DNA of 64,000 nucleotides from a virus (lineage: Duplodnaviria; Caudoviricetes): the IMG/VR virus record IMGVR_UViG_3300044710_000053, positions 1,769-65,768 of that record. One strand, written 5' to 3'. Every line of letters starts with the position of its first letter. Positions within the stretch are counted from its first letter, which is position 1. The notes under the pieces were generated by a model. The model had not been told where the DNA came from and made no database searches. It was given only the letters and a program-made list of their open reading frames with translations. Made by a program: the position numbers and the translations under genes. This document shows positions 9,571 through 18,251 of this stretch, one piece after another.

Positions 9571-9729
9571 TTAGATTCGACCTAGGAGAAGTAGCACCAC
9601 CAAAATGACGACGATCAAACCAATGCCGCCGCTCGGACCCCAACCCCAGTCCTGAGAGTGATTCCACATCGGAGCGCCGCCAAACGCGCCCAAGAGCAGC
9701 AGAATAATCAAGATCGTGACGATGTTCAT
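9571..9729 (-). CDS. DUF3309-like small membrane protein (not in ORF track)
   Basis: MNIVTILIILLLLGAFGGAPMWNHSQDWGWGPSGGIGLIVVILVVLLLLGRI matches the DUF3309 pattern PxWxHSxxWGxGPSGGxGL...LLGRI; ATGA-coupled to the upstream ORF. Confidence 0.8.
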   Translation of the reverse strand: MNIVTILIILLLLGAFGGAPMWNHSQDWGWGPSGGIGLIVVILVVLLLLGRI

Positions 9730-9923
9730 TGCTCATTCCCGTAGATCGGATAATCGTCTCCACGGTCGTGCGGGATGTTCCCTTGGCCGATCATCAGTGC
9801 TTCAAGCCGCTTCCGCCGACATTCGTTGCAGCGATAAAAGCCGTCGCTGCAACAGTTGGGGTCCGCGCGCCGATCAAGCGAGCGGCAGTTCTTGTCCTCA
9901 CAACTTCTAACTTGGCCGTCCAT
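9726..9923 (-). CDS. Small Cys-rich hypothetical protein
   Basis: 65 aa with six Cys; translationally coupled to the downstream gene. Confidence 0.5.
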   Translation of the reverse strand: MDGQVRSCEDKNCRSLDRRADPNCCSDGFYRCNECRRKRLEALMIGQGNIPHDRGDDYPIYGNEQ

Positions 9924-9931
9924 GTTGGCGC

Positions 9932-10084
9932 CTATCTCTTGGCCCGCTTACGGCCATTGCGGTGTCCGCACACTGGGCACTTGTGCCACTCGCCGACTAA
10001 TTGTGCATCGCAGCCACCGCACCAAAAACGCCCTTTCTTTGGCTGACGAGTTACTTCGCGGTTTCTCTGCCAAGGCTCACGCAT
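9932..10084 (-). CDS. 50-aa zinc-ribbon protein (not in ORF track)
   Basis: MREPWQRNR...FWCGGCDAQLVGEWHKCPVCGHRNGRKRAKR; two CxxC pairs. Confidence 0.6.
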   Translation of the reverse strand: MREPWQRNREVTRQPKKGRFWCGGCDAQLVGEWHKCPVCGHRNGRKRAKR

Positions 10085-10095
10085 CGCACGTTCTC

Positions 10096-10136
10096 AAAAA
10101 CCCGACGCGACGGGGTACGGATTCGTCGCGCCGGGT
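10096..10136 (-). terminator. Intrinsic terminator
   Basis: Minus strand ACCCGGCGCGACG...CGTCGCGTCGGGT followed by a T run. Confidence 0.65.
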
Positions 10137-10185
10137 CTGGGTATCAGTCGGCCGATACGACGAGTGCCTGCCGACTGTGTAGGGC

Positions 10186-10575
10186 TCAATAACCTCTCCG
10201 ACCGAGCCGCAAGCCAGCGCGGAAGCCGAGTCTCGGAACGCCAAATCCGACGCCGCGGAATCCAAAAGCGCGGAAGCCGAAGCCACCATAGCCCACCGCG
10301 AACGGCGAAGCGTAAAACGGCGTAGCGACAGCGAACGGTACGGCGTAGGTCTGAACGAGCGGAGCAACGGCATAGCTCTGGACTACCTGCGGCTGGACGT
10401 ATTGGACCTGGGGAACCACGGCAGCCGCTTGAGCGCAGTTGCACGCTACACCGACGTTGGGGTCGGCCATGACGGATGGGGCGACGGCGATTGCGCCTAC
10501 GGAAACGCCACACGCTTGCACGCTGCTGGCGACGAGCAGCACGGCGACAATCAGGATGGAAACGACGAATCGCAC
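10186..10575 (-). CDS. Secreted low-complexity V/A/P/Y-rich protein with G/F/R-rich tail
   Basis: GGAGGT SD, GTG 10575, signal peptide MRFVVSILIVAVLLVASSVQA. Confidence 0.7.
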   Translation of the reverse strand: MRFVVSILIVAVLLVASSVQACGVSVGAIAVAPSVMADPNVGVACNCAQAAAVVPQVQYVQPQVVQSYAVAPLVQTYAVPFAVATPFYASPFAVGYGGFGFRAFGFRGVGFGVPRLGFRAGLRLGRRGY

Positions 10576-10625
10576 GGGACACCTCCAATTACTAATTTGG
10601 GAGAAAATGGTACAAAACTGGTAAA

Positions 10626-10949
10626 TCAACTTGTGGCTGGCGGCATCGCAGCCGTCAAGGTTTGGGTCAGAGCGGGCAGTGCGGCGTCATCGGCCGAAGC
10701 TGCGGCAAGTTGATCTTGTGACGCTTTCAGTTCTGCGGCTGACGCTGCCAGTGCCGCCTGGTCGGCCTTGAGTTGGGCAGCCGCATTGTTCACGGCCGTT
10801 GTAAGAGCATCGAGATTCGGGGTGGACATTGGACGGTTCCTTATCAGGATGGTGAGTTGGAGAACGAGTATCAGGGCCAGCGCCGCGCCGAACGCGACGA
10901 GCGCCCAGAGCGGCACGGCAACGGGCGAATTAAGCCAGGGGGCGGTCAT
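10626..10949 (-). CDS. TM-anchored Ala-rich coiled-coil protein
   Basis: N-terminal TM followed by an Ala/Gln heptad helix; ATGA overlap with the upstream gene. Confidence 0.65.
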   Translation of the reverse strand: MTAPWLNSPVAVPLWALVAFGAALALILVLQLTILIRNRPMSTPNLDALTTAVNNAAAQLKADQAALAASAAELKASQDQLAAASADDAALPALTQTLTAAMPPATS

Positions 10950-11602
10950 GGTCCGGTCAGTTCGAGGATGATCTTGGCGGCCTGCTGGGGATCGGACAGC
11001 GGCGCACCCTTGGGCATCGTTCCCTGAATCAGCGCCTTGGTACAGGCCAGCCGCTGCTCAGCCGTGAGCGGTTGGCGCATGTCAATGGCGGCCGTGGCCT
11101 TGGCAGACTGGCCGGCATGACACTTCACGCAGCTCGCCTCGTTGAATTGTATACCGGCCGCTCGCGGTATGGGTTGCGGCACGTTCGCCGGTGGTGCCGG
11201 CGTCGGCTGTGGCGGCACGATGGGCGCGGGAGTTGGTTGCGGCTGAATCGGGTCCGATGGCGGTGGCGGCATCGGTGGCGGACCCTGGGGAGTTGTCTGC
11301 TGCCCCGTCTGCGGCGCATTTGGCAGTGTCGGTATCGGCTGGTTGTTCGCCTGGTTGATCGCTGCGTACACGCTCTGGCCGACAGCTTGCCCTAGCGCGT
11401 TGTAGTCGATTGTCGGGGCCGGCGGAACGTTGACGACAACTTGCGGTGGCGGGGACCAGTAGTAGGACGTGGGCGAGAACTCCGCGACGGGGATTCCCAC
11501 GGCCACAGCGACCGGCGTTTGCACGAAGCAAGAGACGCCACAGCGGGCGTGCACCGTAGAGGCGATTAGCAAGATCAAACAGGCAAGAAAGGCTCGTTTC
11601 AT
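10946..11602 (-). CDS. Secreted protein with C-terminal mono-heme c-type cytochrome-like domain
   Basis: Signal peptide MKRAFLACLILLIASTVHA; Pro-rich linker; SCVKCHAG (CxxCH at 11117-11131) and downstream GTMPK (candidate axial Met). Confidence 0.7.
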   Translation of the reverse strand: MKRAFLACLILLIASTVHARCGVSCFVQTPVAVAVGIPVAEFSPTSYYWSPPPQVVVNVPPAPTIDYNALGQAVGQSVYAAINQANNQPIPTLPNAPQTGQQTTPQGPPPMPPPPSDPIQPQPTPAPIVPPQPTPAPPANVPQPIPRAAGIQFNEASCVKCHAGQSAKATAAIDMRQPLTAEQRLACTKALIQGTMPKGAPLSDPQQAAKIILELTGP

Positions 11603-11621
11603 GGCGTTTTCCCGTCGTGCA

Positions 11622-13112
11622 CTAAGGCTTGTGCCCTTCCAACACCGGATGGGCGTTTCGATACTGGATCAATTTTCCGAACAACTCCGGCACGCTCGGC
11701 TCGTAACTCCCCCGCGCCACGGCGTTCCCTTCCCCCAGAGACGCGAGAATTTCGTCCGTCGTACCGTCTATGACCAGCGGCAGTTCCTTGCTCGACACAC
11801 CAAGCTCCTGCGCTACGGCTTCCGGCGTCACTGCCTCTTGATAGGTCTTGAGCACGCTACGCAATGCCGCCGCGGCCTGGATGGTTGTGCAGCCGCAAGC
11901 ACGCGCCACAGCAAGCTCGTGAGTTTCACGGTCGAATTTTACTTGCCTCTGTAAACGTGGATCATCGTAGAACTCCAAGGTCCGGCGAATCAGCGCTGGG
12001 TCGTAACTCGACAGGAACGCTTGTCCGCGCTTCGTGTGTAGCAGCGATTGCTCGGCGTCGGTGAAACTGTTAAGGCCGCTCTCGGCGGTATGGCAGCGAT
12101 AGCACGACGCGCCGGCGAGTACCTGCTGCTGGGGCAAGTTGTCATCCTTCGCGGCCGTGTCGTTGGCGATGTTGGGATCCACGGCGTCGAGTCGATTCCC
12201 CTGGTTGTCGAATACGGCGACGGCCCAAAATCCGTTCTTCTGCATCCCAAACACTTCTGACGCATCAAACAACGTGGCGAACTTGTCCACAGTAATCGGC
12301 CGGCGAACCGGGTCATGCCGTGCGTCGGCCTGCTTCGTGTCGAGCGTGACCCAATAGCCGCCCAGCGGGCCTTGCGAGAAGGCAATCCGGCGCGGCTTGA
12401 GAGTGAAGGCTGACACGACTAAGTTCGCTCCTAGATCGGCTTCCAATTGGTTGATGATGCTCTGGTCAAGTCCAAGGGACTTTTGGAATTCGGTTTGCGT
12501 CTTACCGATACCTGCAAATTGGTAGTACGCAGCCGGTGAAAGTGTCGCACTGACAAATGCATCCGCCCGCAGCACCGCTCCATGTGGTAAAGTTCCGGTC
12601 AGGTTTCTCAGGCTCGCATCCGCCGGCAGTGGCAACCAGCCCCCCGCCACCGAAACCGTTACCACCTTGCCGCCCTGAATCTCCTCGTGTGGCAGGTTGA
12701 AGTAAAAGTCCGCGTCCGTCAGCTTGTTCCACTGGGCCGTCCATTGGGCAAACTCCTCACTCGTGCGCACATAGTTGCTCACGTCGATCCGCAGCAGCGT
12801 CGGCGTCACCTGCGTTACCCGGCTGATCTGCCGCACTCTCGATACCGCATTGACGCAATAGTTCACCGCGATTAACGGGTCGGCTTGATGGTCGAAGTCC
12901 GTCCGCACGCCGGACAGGCTCAGGTAGCGGGCCTGTAACGCGCTCGCTCCCAACTTTTCCGCGTCCGCCCGAGCCGCCTCAACATCGGCATACGGTGTTT
13001 GTGCATAGCTCTCGCGTCCGATGCAAACCAGCAGCACAAGCCGCGCCGCGAGCCAGCGGTCGAAGGCGACTCCCGCCAGAAAACTTGCGATGATGGCTAT
13101 GGCAATCAGCAT
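11622..13112 (-). CDS. Exported CxxCH-containing protein resembling a planctomycete cytochrome-associated domain
   Basis: Hydrophobic N-terminus; RYLSL, VNAVS, LLRIDV, LRADAF, GGYWVTLD, FDASEVFGMQKNG, GNRLDAV and ASCYRCH (12090-12104). Confidence 0.65.
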   Translation of the reverse strand: MLIAIAIIASFLAGVAFDRWLAARLVLLVCIGRESYAQTPYADVEAARADAEKLGASALQARYLSLSGVRTDFDHQADPLIAVNYCVNAVSRVRQISRVTQVTPTLLRIDVSNYVRTSEEFAQWTAQWNKLTDADFYFNLPHEEIQGGKVVTVSVAGGWLPLPADASLRNLTGTLPHGAVLRADAFVSATLSPAAYYQFAGIGKTQTEFQKSLGLDQSIINQLEADLGANLVVSAFTLKPRRIAFSQGPLGGYWVTLDTKQADARHDPVRRPITVDKFATLFDASEVFGMQKNGFWAVAVFDNQGNRLDAVDPNIANDTAAKDDNLPQQQVLAGASCYRCHTAESGLNSFTDAEQSLLHTKRGQAFLSSYDPALIRRTLEFYDDPRLQRQVKFDRETHELAVARACGCTTIQAAAALRSVLKTYQEAVTPEAVAQELGVSSKELPLVIDGTTDEILASLGEGNAVARGSYEPSVPELFGKLIQYRNAHPVLEGHKP

Positions 13113-13133
13113 GGTCAGTTATCCGCGAGCGAT

Positions 13134-13301
13134 TTAAGCACAGTCCGGCGCATCATGTTTGGGTGGCTCAGAGGTTTCGTCGCCGGGCTCAGTTTCTAGC
13201 GATTCTCCACCGCAGCGCGGGCAAAAATCATTCGGCGGACTGTCGCCGTCGTAGTGCCAAATAACGTCGTAGCGCAGGTCGCAATCTTGGCAGACGAGCA
13301 T
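13134..13301 (-). CDS. 55-aa zinc-ribbon protein (not in ORF track)
   Basis: MLVCQDCDLRY...FCPRCGGE; TAATG overlap with the upstream ORF. Confidence 0.6.
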   Translation of the reverse strand: MLVCQDCDLRYDVIWHYDGDSPPNDFCPRCGGESLETEPGDETSEPPKHDAPDCA

Positions 13302-13462
13302 TATTCCACCTTGCGGATCAAGCGTCCGCCGTCAAGATCATCGTGAAAGTAATAGCCGTCTGGAACGCCATATTCAGCCGATTCATTTTCCGGCAGCGTG
13401 AAGCAAAGCTCATCCCCGCGCAGTAGCACCGTCTTTTCGTCGGTCGGTTCGTCATCGGTCAT
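13301..13462 (-). CDS. 53-aa acidic hypothetical protein (not in ORF track)
   Basis: MTDDEPTDEKTVLLRGDELCF...; fills the gap in a coupled run of ORFs. Confidence 0.55.
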   Translation of the reverse strand: MTDDEPTDEKTVLLRGDELCFTLPENESAEYGVPDGYYFHDDLDGGRLIRKVE

Positions 13463-13536
13463 GGCTCACCCCAGCAGCAATCGAAACAGCAGCGCCGCGG
13501 CATGGGCCAGAAACGCAAGGCTGTGAAAAAAGTTCC

Positions 13537-13713
13537 TCATTCGATTTCCTCCCACTCCCCGTCCGCCATTTCATCCAAGCGATACAACGAAGGCCAACCG
13601 TTGTCCCAATAGCCGTACTTCTGATCTTCGTAGAACGTCAGCCGCGAGCCCTTCGCGGCCGGACCAGGAATCCCTCCAAGGTAACGGAAACGGCGGCGAG
13701 TAATGGTCGTCAT
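13537..13713 (-). CDS. 58-aa hypothetical protein (not in ORF track)
   Basis: MTTITRRRFRYLGG...GEWEEIE; ATGA overlap with the upstream ORF. Confidence 0.55.
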   Translation of the reverse strand: MTTITRRRFRYLGGIPGPAAKGSRLTFYEDQKYGYWDNGWPSLYRLDEMADGEWEEIE

Positions 13714-14024
13714 CGAAATTTGACCCCCGTATGAAATTGCAGCGACTCACGCCAGGTCGCTAAATCAACTTGCTGTTCCTGATAGCGCCCGCTGGAATCA
13801 ATCGCATCGTCATTGAAATACTCGGCGTGTCCGCGTTCGTTGATCCGCACTTCGGCGTGCCACGATGCGCTCGGCTGGTCTCCGTGCGGCTGGCCAGTAT
13901 CTGAATCGTAGGACACACGTCGCCCGTCGTTTCCGCTGAACTGCGCCGAGCCGTCGGGCTTGCAATGCACGTCCCAACCGGGCGGTAACATCATCGCGCA
14001 GAGTAGGAGCAGGGCGGATTTCAT
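13710..14024 (-). CDS. Putative secreted hypothetical protein
   Basis: Short signal-like N-terminus MKSALLLLCAMM. Confidence 0.6.
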   Translation of the reverse strand: MKSALLLLCAMMLPPGWDVHCKPDGSAQFSGNDGRRVSYDSDTGQPHGDQPSASWHAEVRINERGHAEYFNDDAIDSSGRYQEQQVDLATWRESLQFHTGVKFR

Positions 14025-14282
14025 TTAGAGACGCATCCCCTTCAAAGCGGCATCCACTTTTTCGCGCCATTCGTCCTTGGGGAAAGCTCTGGCGTAAAGG
14101 AACGCAACCAATTCTCCGCTGTCGAAGCCGCCACGGCAGTTGCCCTGCACGAGGGCCTCCTGCGGGCCACACACTTTGCAGTAGACCTCATACGCAGCCA
14201 TGTAAACTTCTTTCGGCACCCGACAAGGCTCGCGAGCTAGCAAGTGCGATTTCTGAATCGGCATTGTTTCCGGTTCGTTCAC
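14025..14282 (-). CDS. Phage hypothetical protein
   Basis: 85 aa with AYEVY...RGGF..GEL; coupled to neighbours. Confidence 0.65.
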   Translation of the reverse strand: MNEPETMPIQKSHLLAREPCRVPKEVYMAAYEVYCKVCGPQEALVQGNCRGGFDSGELVAFLYARAFPKDEWREKVDAALKGMRL

Positions 14283-15070
14283 TTGATCCCCTCCGGCGCA
14301 AGCTCCCAGAGCTTCAGGCCGCTATCCGTTTCCAATTTCTTGAGCGGCACGCGGAACTCGTCCGGTGTGCTATCGGCCGGCGGCTTTTCGTTCGGCGCTT
14401 CCCAAGAGACGATCTTCGTAGGCTTGCCGCCCTTGACAATCAACTCGCTCTTGGCATAGTCCGCTGGTATCTGGACCTTGTGCGGGCCGATGGTCTTGGG
14501 ATGCGCGGAGTAGATCGGGAAAGTGATAACCCAAGCGGTCGAGCCATCGGCGACGTTCTCACGGCTTGTTCGCTCAACCTCCGCCCAGAGCCCGCGATTG
14601 AATGTCGGGTCTTGTGGGCAGGCGTTGGCAAATATGAACGTGTCGGTCATTTCCTTTTGGGCATCTTCGGCCGGTGTCAAATGCCCGATGTCCCACCCGC
14701 TGCCGCGATAATCCGCCTCGTCCGCCGCGTATCCCGTCTGCTTATCGACCTTGAAACTCCCCGCTCGCTTGACGCTCTTGAGCGGCCCGTGGAGAACCTC
14801 TAGCGACCATTCCGGGCGGCCGTCGAAACCTAAAACGAACTCGCCGAAGTCGTAGGCTGTTCCCTTGGGTAAGCCGTAGCGGCCAGTTTCGCTTAGTCGA
14901 TGTTGCGCGGCGAACGTGGTTTGGCCGGGGATTGGCGGCAGCGGTGGCATTTGCGCCAACTCGCGCACCGACAACGGGCGCAATCCGGGTGGCGGCGCGA
15001 ACGCTGGCGGGCACGGCGCAGCGGCAACGCTGACGCACAGCAGCAGCACTGTAAAGAGCAATCGCTTCAT
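14279..15070 (-). CDS. Secreted DNA/RNA non-specific endonuclease (NucA/EndA His-Me family)
   Basis: Signal peptide; DYRGSGWDIGHLTPAED (DRGH variant) and TFIFANACPQDPTFNRGLWAEVE. Confidence 0.92.
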   Translation of the reverse strand: MKRLLFTVLLLCVSVAAAPCPPAFAPPPGLRPLSVRELAQMPPLPPIPGQTTFAAQHRLSETGRYGLPKGTAYDFGEFVLGFDGRPEWSLEVLHGPLKSVKRAGSFKVDKQTGYAADEADYRGSGWDIGHLTPAEDAQKEMTDTFIFANACPQDPTFNRGLWAEVERTSRENVADGSTAWVITFPIYSAHPKTIGPHKVQIPADYAKSELIVKGGKPTKIVSWEAPNEKPPADSTPDEFRVPLKKLETDSGLKLWELAPEGIK

Positions 15071-15396
15071 GGCACAACTTCGCCGTTGGTAATGTGGCCG
15101 TGCCAGTGGCCTGATTTGCTGGCATCAATCGACGGTGTTACAGTCAGGTCCGTGATAAAAGCTGCTTTTGTATCTATCGGAACCGAGCCGGAAATTGACC
15201 ATGCTTGTTCCGGCTTGCTCGGCACAACTTCCATCTCGTACCGTTCTCCGCCAAATTCCTTCTGGAAAATTTCCCATTGTTTTTCGCGGCTCATCTCCAC
15301 GTTCTTGCATGACAGAAGAATCTTCCGACAATGCGGGCAGAGAAAGACGAACAGGTTCGGATGTATCCATCGCGGCTCCAGCTCTATTAGCTTCAC
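15067..15396 (-). CDS. DUF6527-like putative metal-binding protein
   Basis: FLCPHC plus C-terminal LTVTPSI...HWHGHITNG. Confidence 0.65.
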   Translation of the reverse strand: MKLIELEPRWIHPNLFVFLCPHCRKILLSCKNVEMSREKQWEIFQKEFGGERYEMEVVPSKPEQAWSISGSVPIDTKAAFITDLTVTPSIDASKSGHWHGHITNGEVVP

Positions 15397-15459
15397 GACC
15401 TTATCTCACGCTCGCAAGCAGCAGCAGGAGCAACGGCAATAGGCGGCGGATGGTCACGA

Positions 15460-15576
15460 TTATTCCCTGTTCAGCCAACTCAGAATGATCGCAAACAGGC
15501 CGAGAATCGCGGTCGCGGAAACAAAGACTGCGATCGTCGAAAGAGTATCGCCGTATGTCCAAGGCATCTTCATCAT
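15460..15576 (-). CDS. 38-aa single-TM peptide (not in ORF track)
   Basis: MMKMPWTYGDTLSTIAVFVSATAILGLFAIILSWLNRE; ATGA overlap. Confidence 0.5.
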   Translation of the reverse strand: MMKMPWTYGDTLSTIAVFVSATAILGLFAIILSWLNRE

Positions 15577-15800
15577 CCCAGCTCCGCCTGCACTTCCGCA
15601 AATAGTTCATCGGCCGCGCGGTCCAGGCAGCCGACGTGTGCTCGCTTCCAACGGTCGAAGCGCTTCCAAATCGCTTGCAGCTTGTCGGCGTCGGTTGAAT
15701 ACTGGCGCGGATTGGCGGGTGATTCGTCGGCGTTCGGCAGCGAAAATTCATGGTGTATGTCGTACCAACTCGGCAGCGGCGATCGGTTGCTTTGGCTCAT
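15573..15800 (-). CDS. Hypothetical protein
   Basis: MSQSNRSP... with GAGGA SD and ATGA overlaps. Confidence 0.55.
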   Translation of the reverse strand: MSQSNRSPLPSWYDIHHEFSLPNADESPANPRQYSTDADKLQAIWKRFDRWKRAHVGCLDRAADELFAEVQAELG

Positions 15801-16069
15801 GCCAGCTTCCTCTCCCCACTGCCCATGAAGCAGTAAGTGCCGTCGGCGCTCAGACCGTACTCGGCCCATTTGTCGCCGCGCTGGTCAGGTTGAAACACGT
15901 CTCGCGCATCCGGCATGTAGCGAATTCGCATGACGTTCCCCACAATGCTGATTCCTCTGGAATAGTCGTTACGTTCCTTGACCTTGTGGCCGTCGAGCGG
16001 ACCGCCGAATAGTTGAATGAAACAGGCCATGATTTGGCAACGAATTACTTGACGCCCCGAGTCCGTCAA
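15797..16069 (-). CDS. Hypothetical protein
   Basis: LFGGPLDG motif common in small phage proteins. Confidence 0.6.
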   Translation of the reverse strand: MTDSGRQVIRCQIMACFIQLFGGPLDGHKVKERNDYSRGISIVGNVMRIRYMPDARDVFQPDQRGDKWAEYGLSADGTYCFMGSGERKLA

Positions 16070-16479
16070 CTAAAGACTTCGGGATCAATTTGGTCCTTTG
16101 TTTTTGCAATCAGAGCGATCGTGGCCTTGAGATCGGAGATTTCACTGCCAGTGAGGCGATAGCCCTGTAGCTTTTCGAGCAATGAGTTCAAGTCGCCGAC
16201 TGCCTTTTGTAGCGAAGCACTCCCCGGGGCCAGGACAATGGGATTCTTGGTCGTCAGGAAGTAACCGTCTGGCAGCGTGATTGCGATAACCGGGCTCACG
16301 TCCATCGCCTGCTGGCGGTCAATTCCACCGACCGCCAGGCCGCCGCCGTTGGCGTCTTGAAGGATCAAATCGACAGGGGAGTTATCAGATAGTCCGCAAA
16401 AGATGTCTTTCAGCTTTTTTGGGTCCACGCTCATTTCCAGTTCCTTTAGGTTTGGGGCGTCAAGTAAGTCGTTGCCCAT
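16066..16479 (-). CDS. Hypothetical protein
   Basis: 137-aa ORF directly downstream of the protease. Confidence 0.6.
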   Translation of the reverse strand: MGNDLLDAPNLKELEMSVDPKKLKDIFCGLSDNSPVDLILQDANGGGLAVGGIDRQQAMDVSPVIAITLPDGYFLTTKNPIVLAPGSASLQKAVGDLNSLLEKLQGYRLTGSEISDLKATIALIAKTKDQIDPEVFS

Positions 16480-16488
16480 GATTTGGCC

Positions 16489-18141
16489 CTATAGGTTGGT
16501 CAGTGCCTGCACAATCGCTGCGTGTCCGGCCGCAACGATTTGCCGATCTCGCGGGAACCATTCGGCGCGTTCGATTTGCGGGAAGATTTGATTGACGACG
16601 CTGATTGCGGCGGCACGGCTGATGCTGTCGGTCGGCGGTGGTGGAGGTGGTGGTGGCGGCGGTGGCGGATTTCCGTTTTCGGGTGGCGGCTGGACGGCTC
16701 CCGTCAGAAACGCGAGCATTGCGAGCGGGCGCGGCGAACCACGCCCGGTGCAAAGGTCGGGGCCGACCGTGGCGTCATAGCCGCCGTTGTTACCGACGGT
16801 GATGTCGTGAAAGCACGTCGCCGGCATCTTGGCCAGTAGCGGATTCAGGTAGCCGATATTCTGCGGAAGCTCCTCGCACATCGCGCAGATCGTTCCGCCC
16901 ATACCCGGCGCAGCAGCCGATGTGCCGCCGACGTTGCCCTGGCCCGACAATGTGCAGCACGTTGCCGGCGCGGCGTTCATCGCCAAGTCGGGCACGCAGC
17001 GGCCTCCCATCGCGGGATAGTCGCTCTGCCATGCCGGCTGCGGAGTTTCGACCCGCGATACGCCCCCGCCAGACGCCCCGCCGTTCGCGCCGTCGTTCCA
17101 AACTTGCTCCTGTTGCGCGGTCAGATTCGAGCCACCCATCGCCACTACCCACGGAGACGACGCGAAATAATCGGTGACGAGCGAGCCGGTTCCATCCGTC
17201 GCGCCCCCGTCTCCGGACGCGACAGTGAGCGTGACGCCCAGCGCCCCCGCATCTTTGCCAGTCGCATCGTTCGCGGCGATTGATTGCGCGGTCCATTGCG
17301 ATTCCGGCGAGCCCCACGAATCCGAAACCTCGCAGATTAGCCCCGAGTGAATCAGCGCCGCCAAGCCGCCGTTGTAGCCAGCGTCGGTGTTCGGGCAGAA
17401 AGCGATATAGAGCGTCAGCGCTTTGCCAGTGCGGGCGAAGTAGCAACCGGCCTGCCAGAGAATGTCGAGCCGCAATTCAATGTCGGCATCGGAACCCGGA
17501 GAGTTGACCGCGCCCATAACCGACACGTCATGGATCGTCGGTGGCGGGATTCCGTATTGAGCGCAATCGGCTGCGACCAGCGCCGCCGTGTATCCGCCGT
17601 CAAGGCAGAGGATGCCACCGGCGCACGTTCGCAGCGGTGGCGCGGTGCGAGTTGTAACGCCGGCCAGCCGCGCCGTCTGGACCGGCCCCAAAGCAGTCTC
17701 AGTGTGCGGCCCGAATCTCAGCCGTCGATTGTGCGGCTTGGCGAACGGCGCGGACTCCAAGCCCAGCACGCCAACAATGCCCATATCGGGGATCGGCGGC
17801 GCGGCCCGCACGGCAAAGCGGTGCTCGCCGACGGGCGTCATTCGCTGCTCCATCTCGGTCCCAAAGGCTGCTTCAATCTGCGCGATGGTCCCGCTGACAT
17901 TGACGATTCGCTGACCTGGCAGCTCCTCCACGATCGTCAGACCCTCGGCGATAGCCTTGGCCCGGAATGCCGCAATGTCGTTCGGGTCGGCTCCGTGTGC
18001 GGCTTCGTGGTCATCGACGCTGACCGGCGGCGCGCCGGCCACGGGCGCAGGAATCGCCGTCATGGGTCGGAATTGAACCGAGACGGTGATCGTTTTCGAC
18101 TTGTCCAGCGGCACGGCAACGGGTGGGGTGGGGTCGGGCAT
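16489..18141 (-). CDS. Sedolisin/kumamolisin-like serine-carboxyl peptidase (MEROPS S53) with pro-domain
   Basis: ExxxD (IELRLDI), SDSWGSPE, ASGDGG (oxyanion Asp), ASSPWVVAMGGS, SGGGVS, RCVPDLA, GGTSAAAP (Ser nucleophile), GYLNP, FHDITVGNN, DLCTGRGSP; start MPDPT at 18141 after GGAG. Confidence 0.93.
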   Translation of the reverse strand: MPDPTPPVAVPLDKSKTITVSVQFRPMTAIPAPVAGAPPVSVDDHEAAHGADPNDIAAFRAKAIAEGLTIVEELPGQRIVNVSGTIAQIEAAFGTEMEQRMTPVGEHRFAVRAAPPIPDMGIVGVLGLESAPFAKPHNRRLRFGPHTETALGPVQTARLAGVTTRTAPPLRTCAGGILCLDGGYTAALVAADCAQYGIPPPTIHDVSVMGAVNSPGSDADIELRLDILWQAGCYFARTGKALTLYIAFCPNTDAGYNGGLAALIHSGLICEVSDSWGSPESQWTAQSIAANDATGKDAGALGVTLTVASGDGGATDGTGSLVTDYFASSPWVVAMGGSNLTAQQEQVWNDGANGGASGGGVSRVETPQPAWQSDYPAMGGRCVPDLAMNAAPATCCTLSGQGNVGGTSAAAPGMGGTICAMCEELPQNIGYLNPLLAKMPATCFHDITVGNNGGYDATVGPDLCTGRGSPRPLAMLAFLTGAVQPPPENGNPPPPPPPPPPPPTDSISRAAAISVVNQIFPQIERAEWFPRDRQIVAAGHAAIVQALTNL

Positions 18142-18251
18142 GATCGCTCCATGTTGAAAGCTGCCGCGCCGGTGCTGTGAGTCACCGGCGCGGCGGGGCG
18201 CGGCTGTGAAACCGTCCACCACTGCCCGCAGGCAGTCGCCTCGAAAGTGCG

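Noticed and set aside
8984-9763. 259-aa version of the membrane coiled-coil ORF
   Set aside because: The upstream part is better explained by the DUF3309-like ORF in another frame
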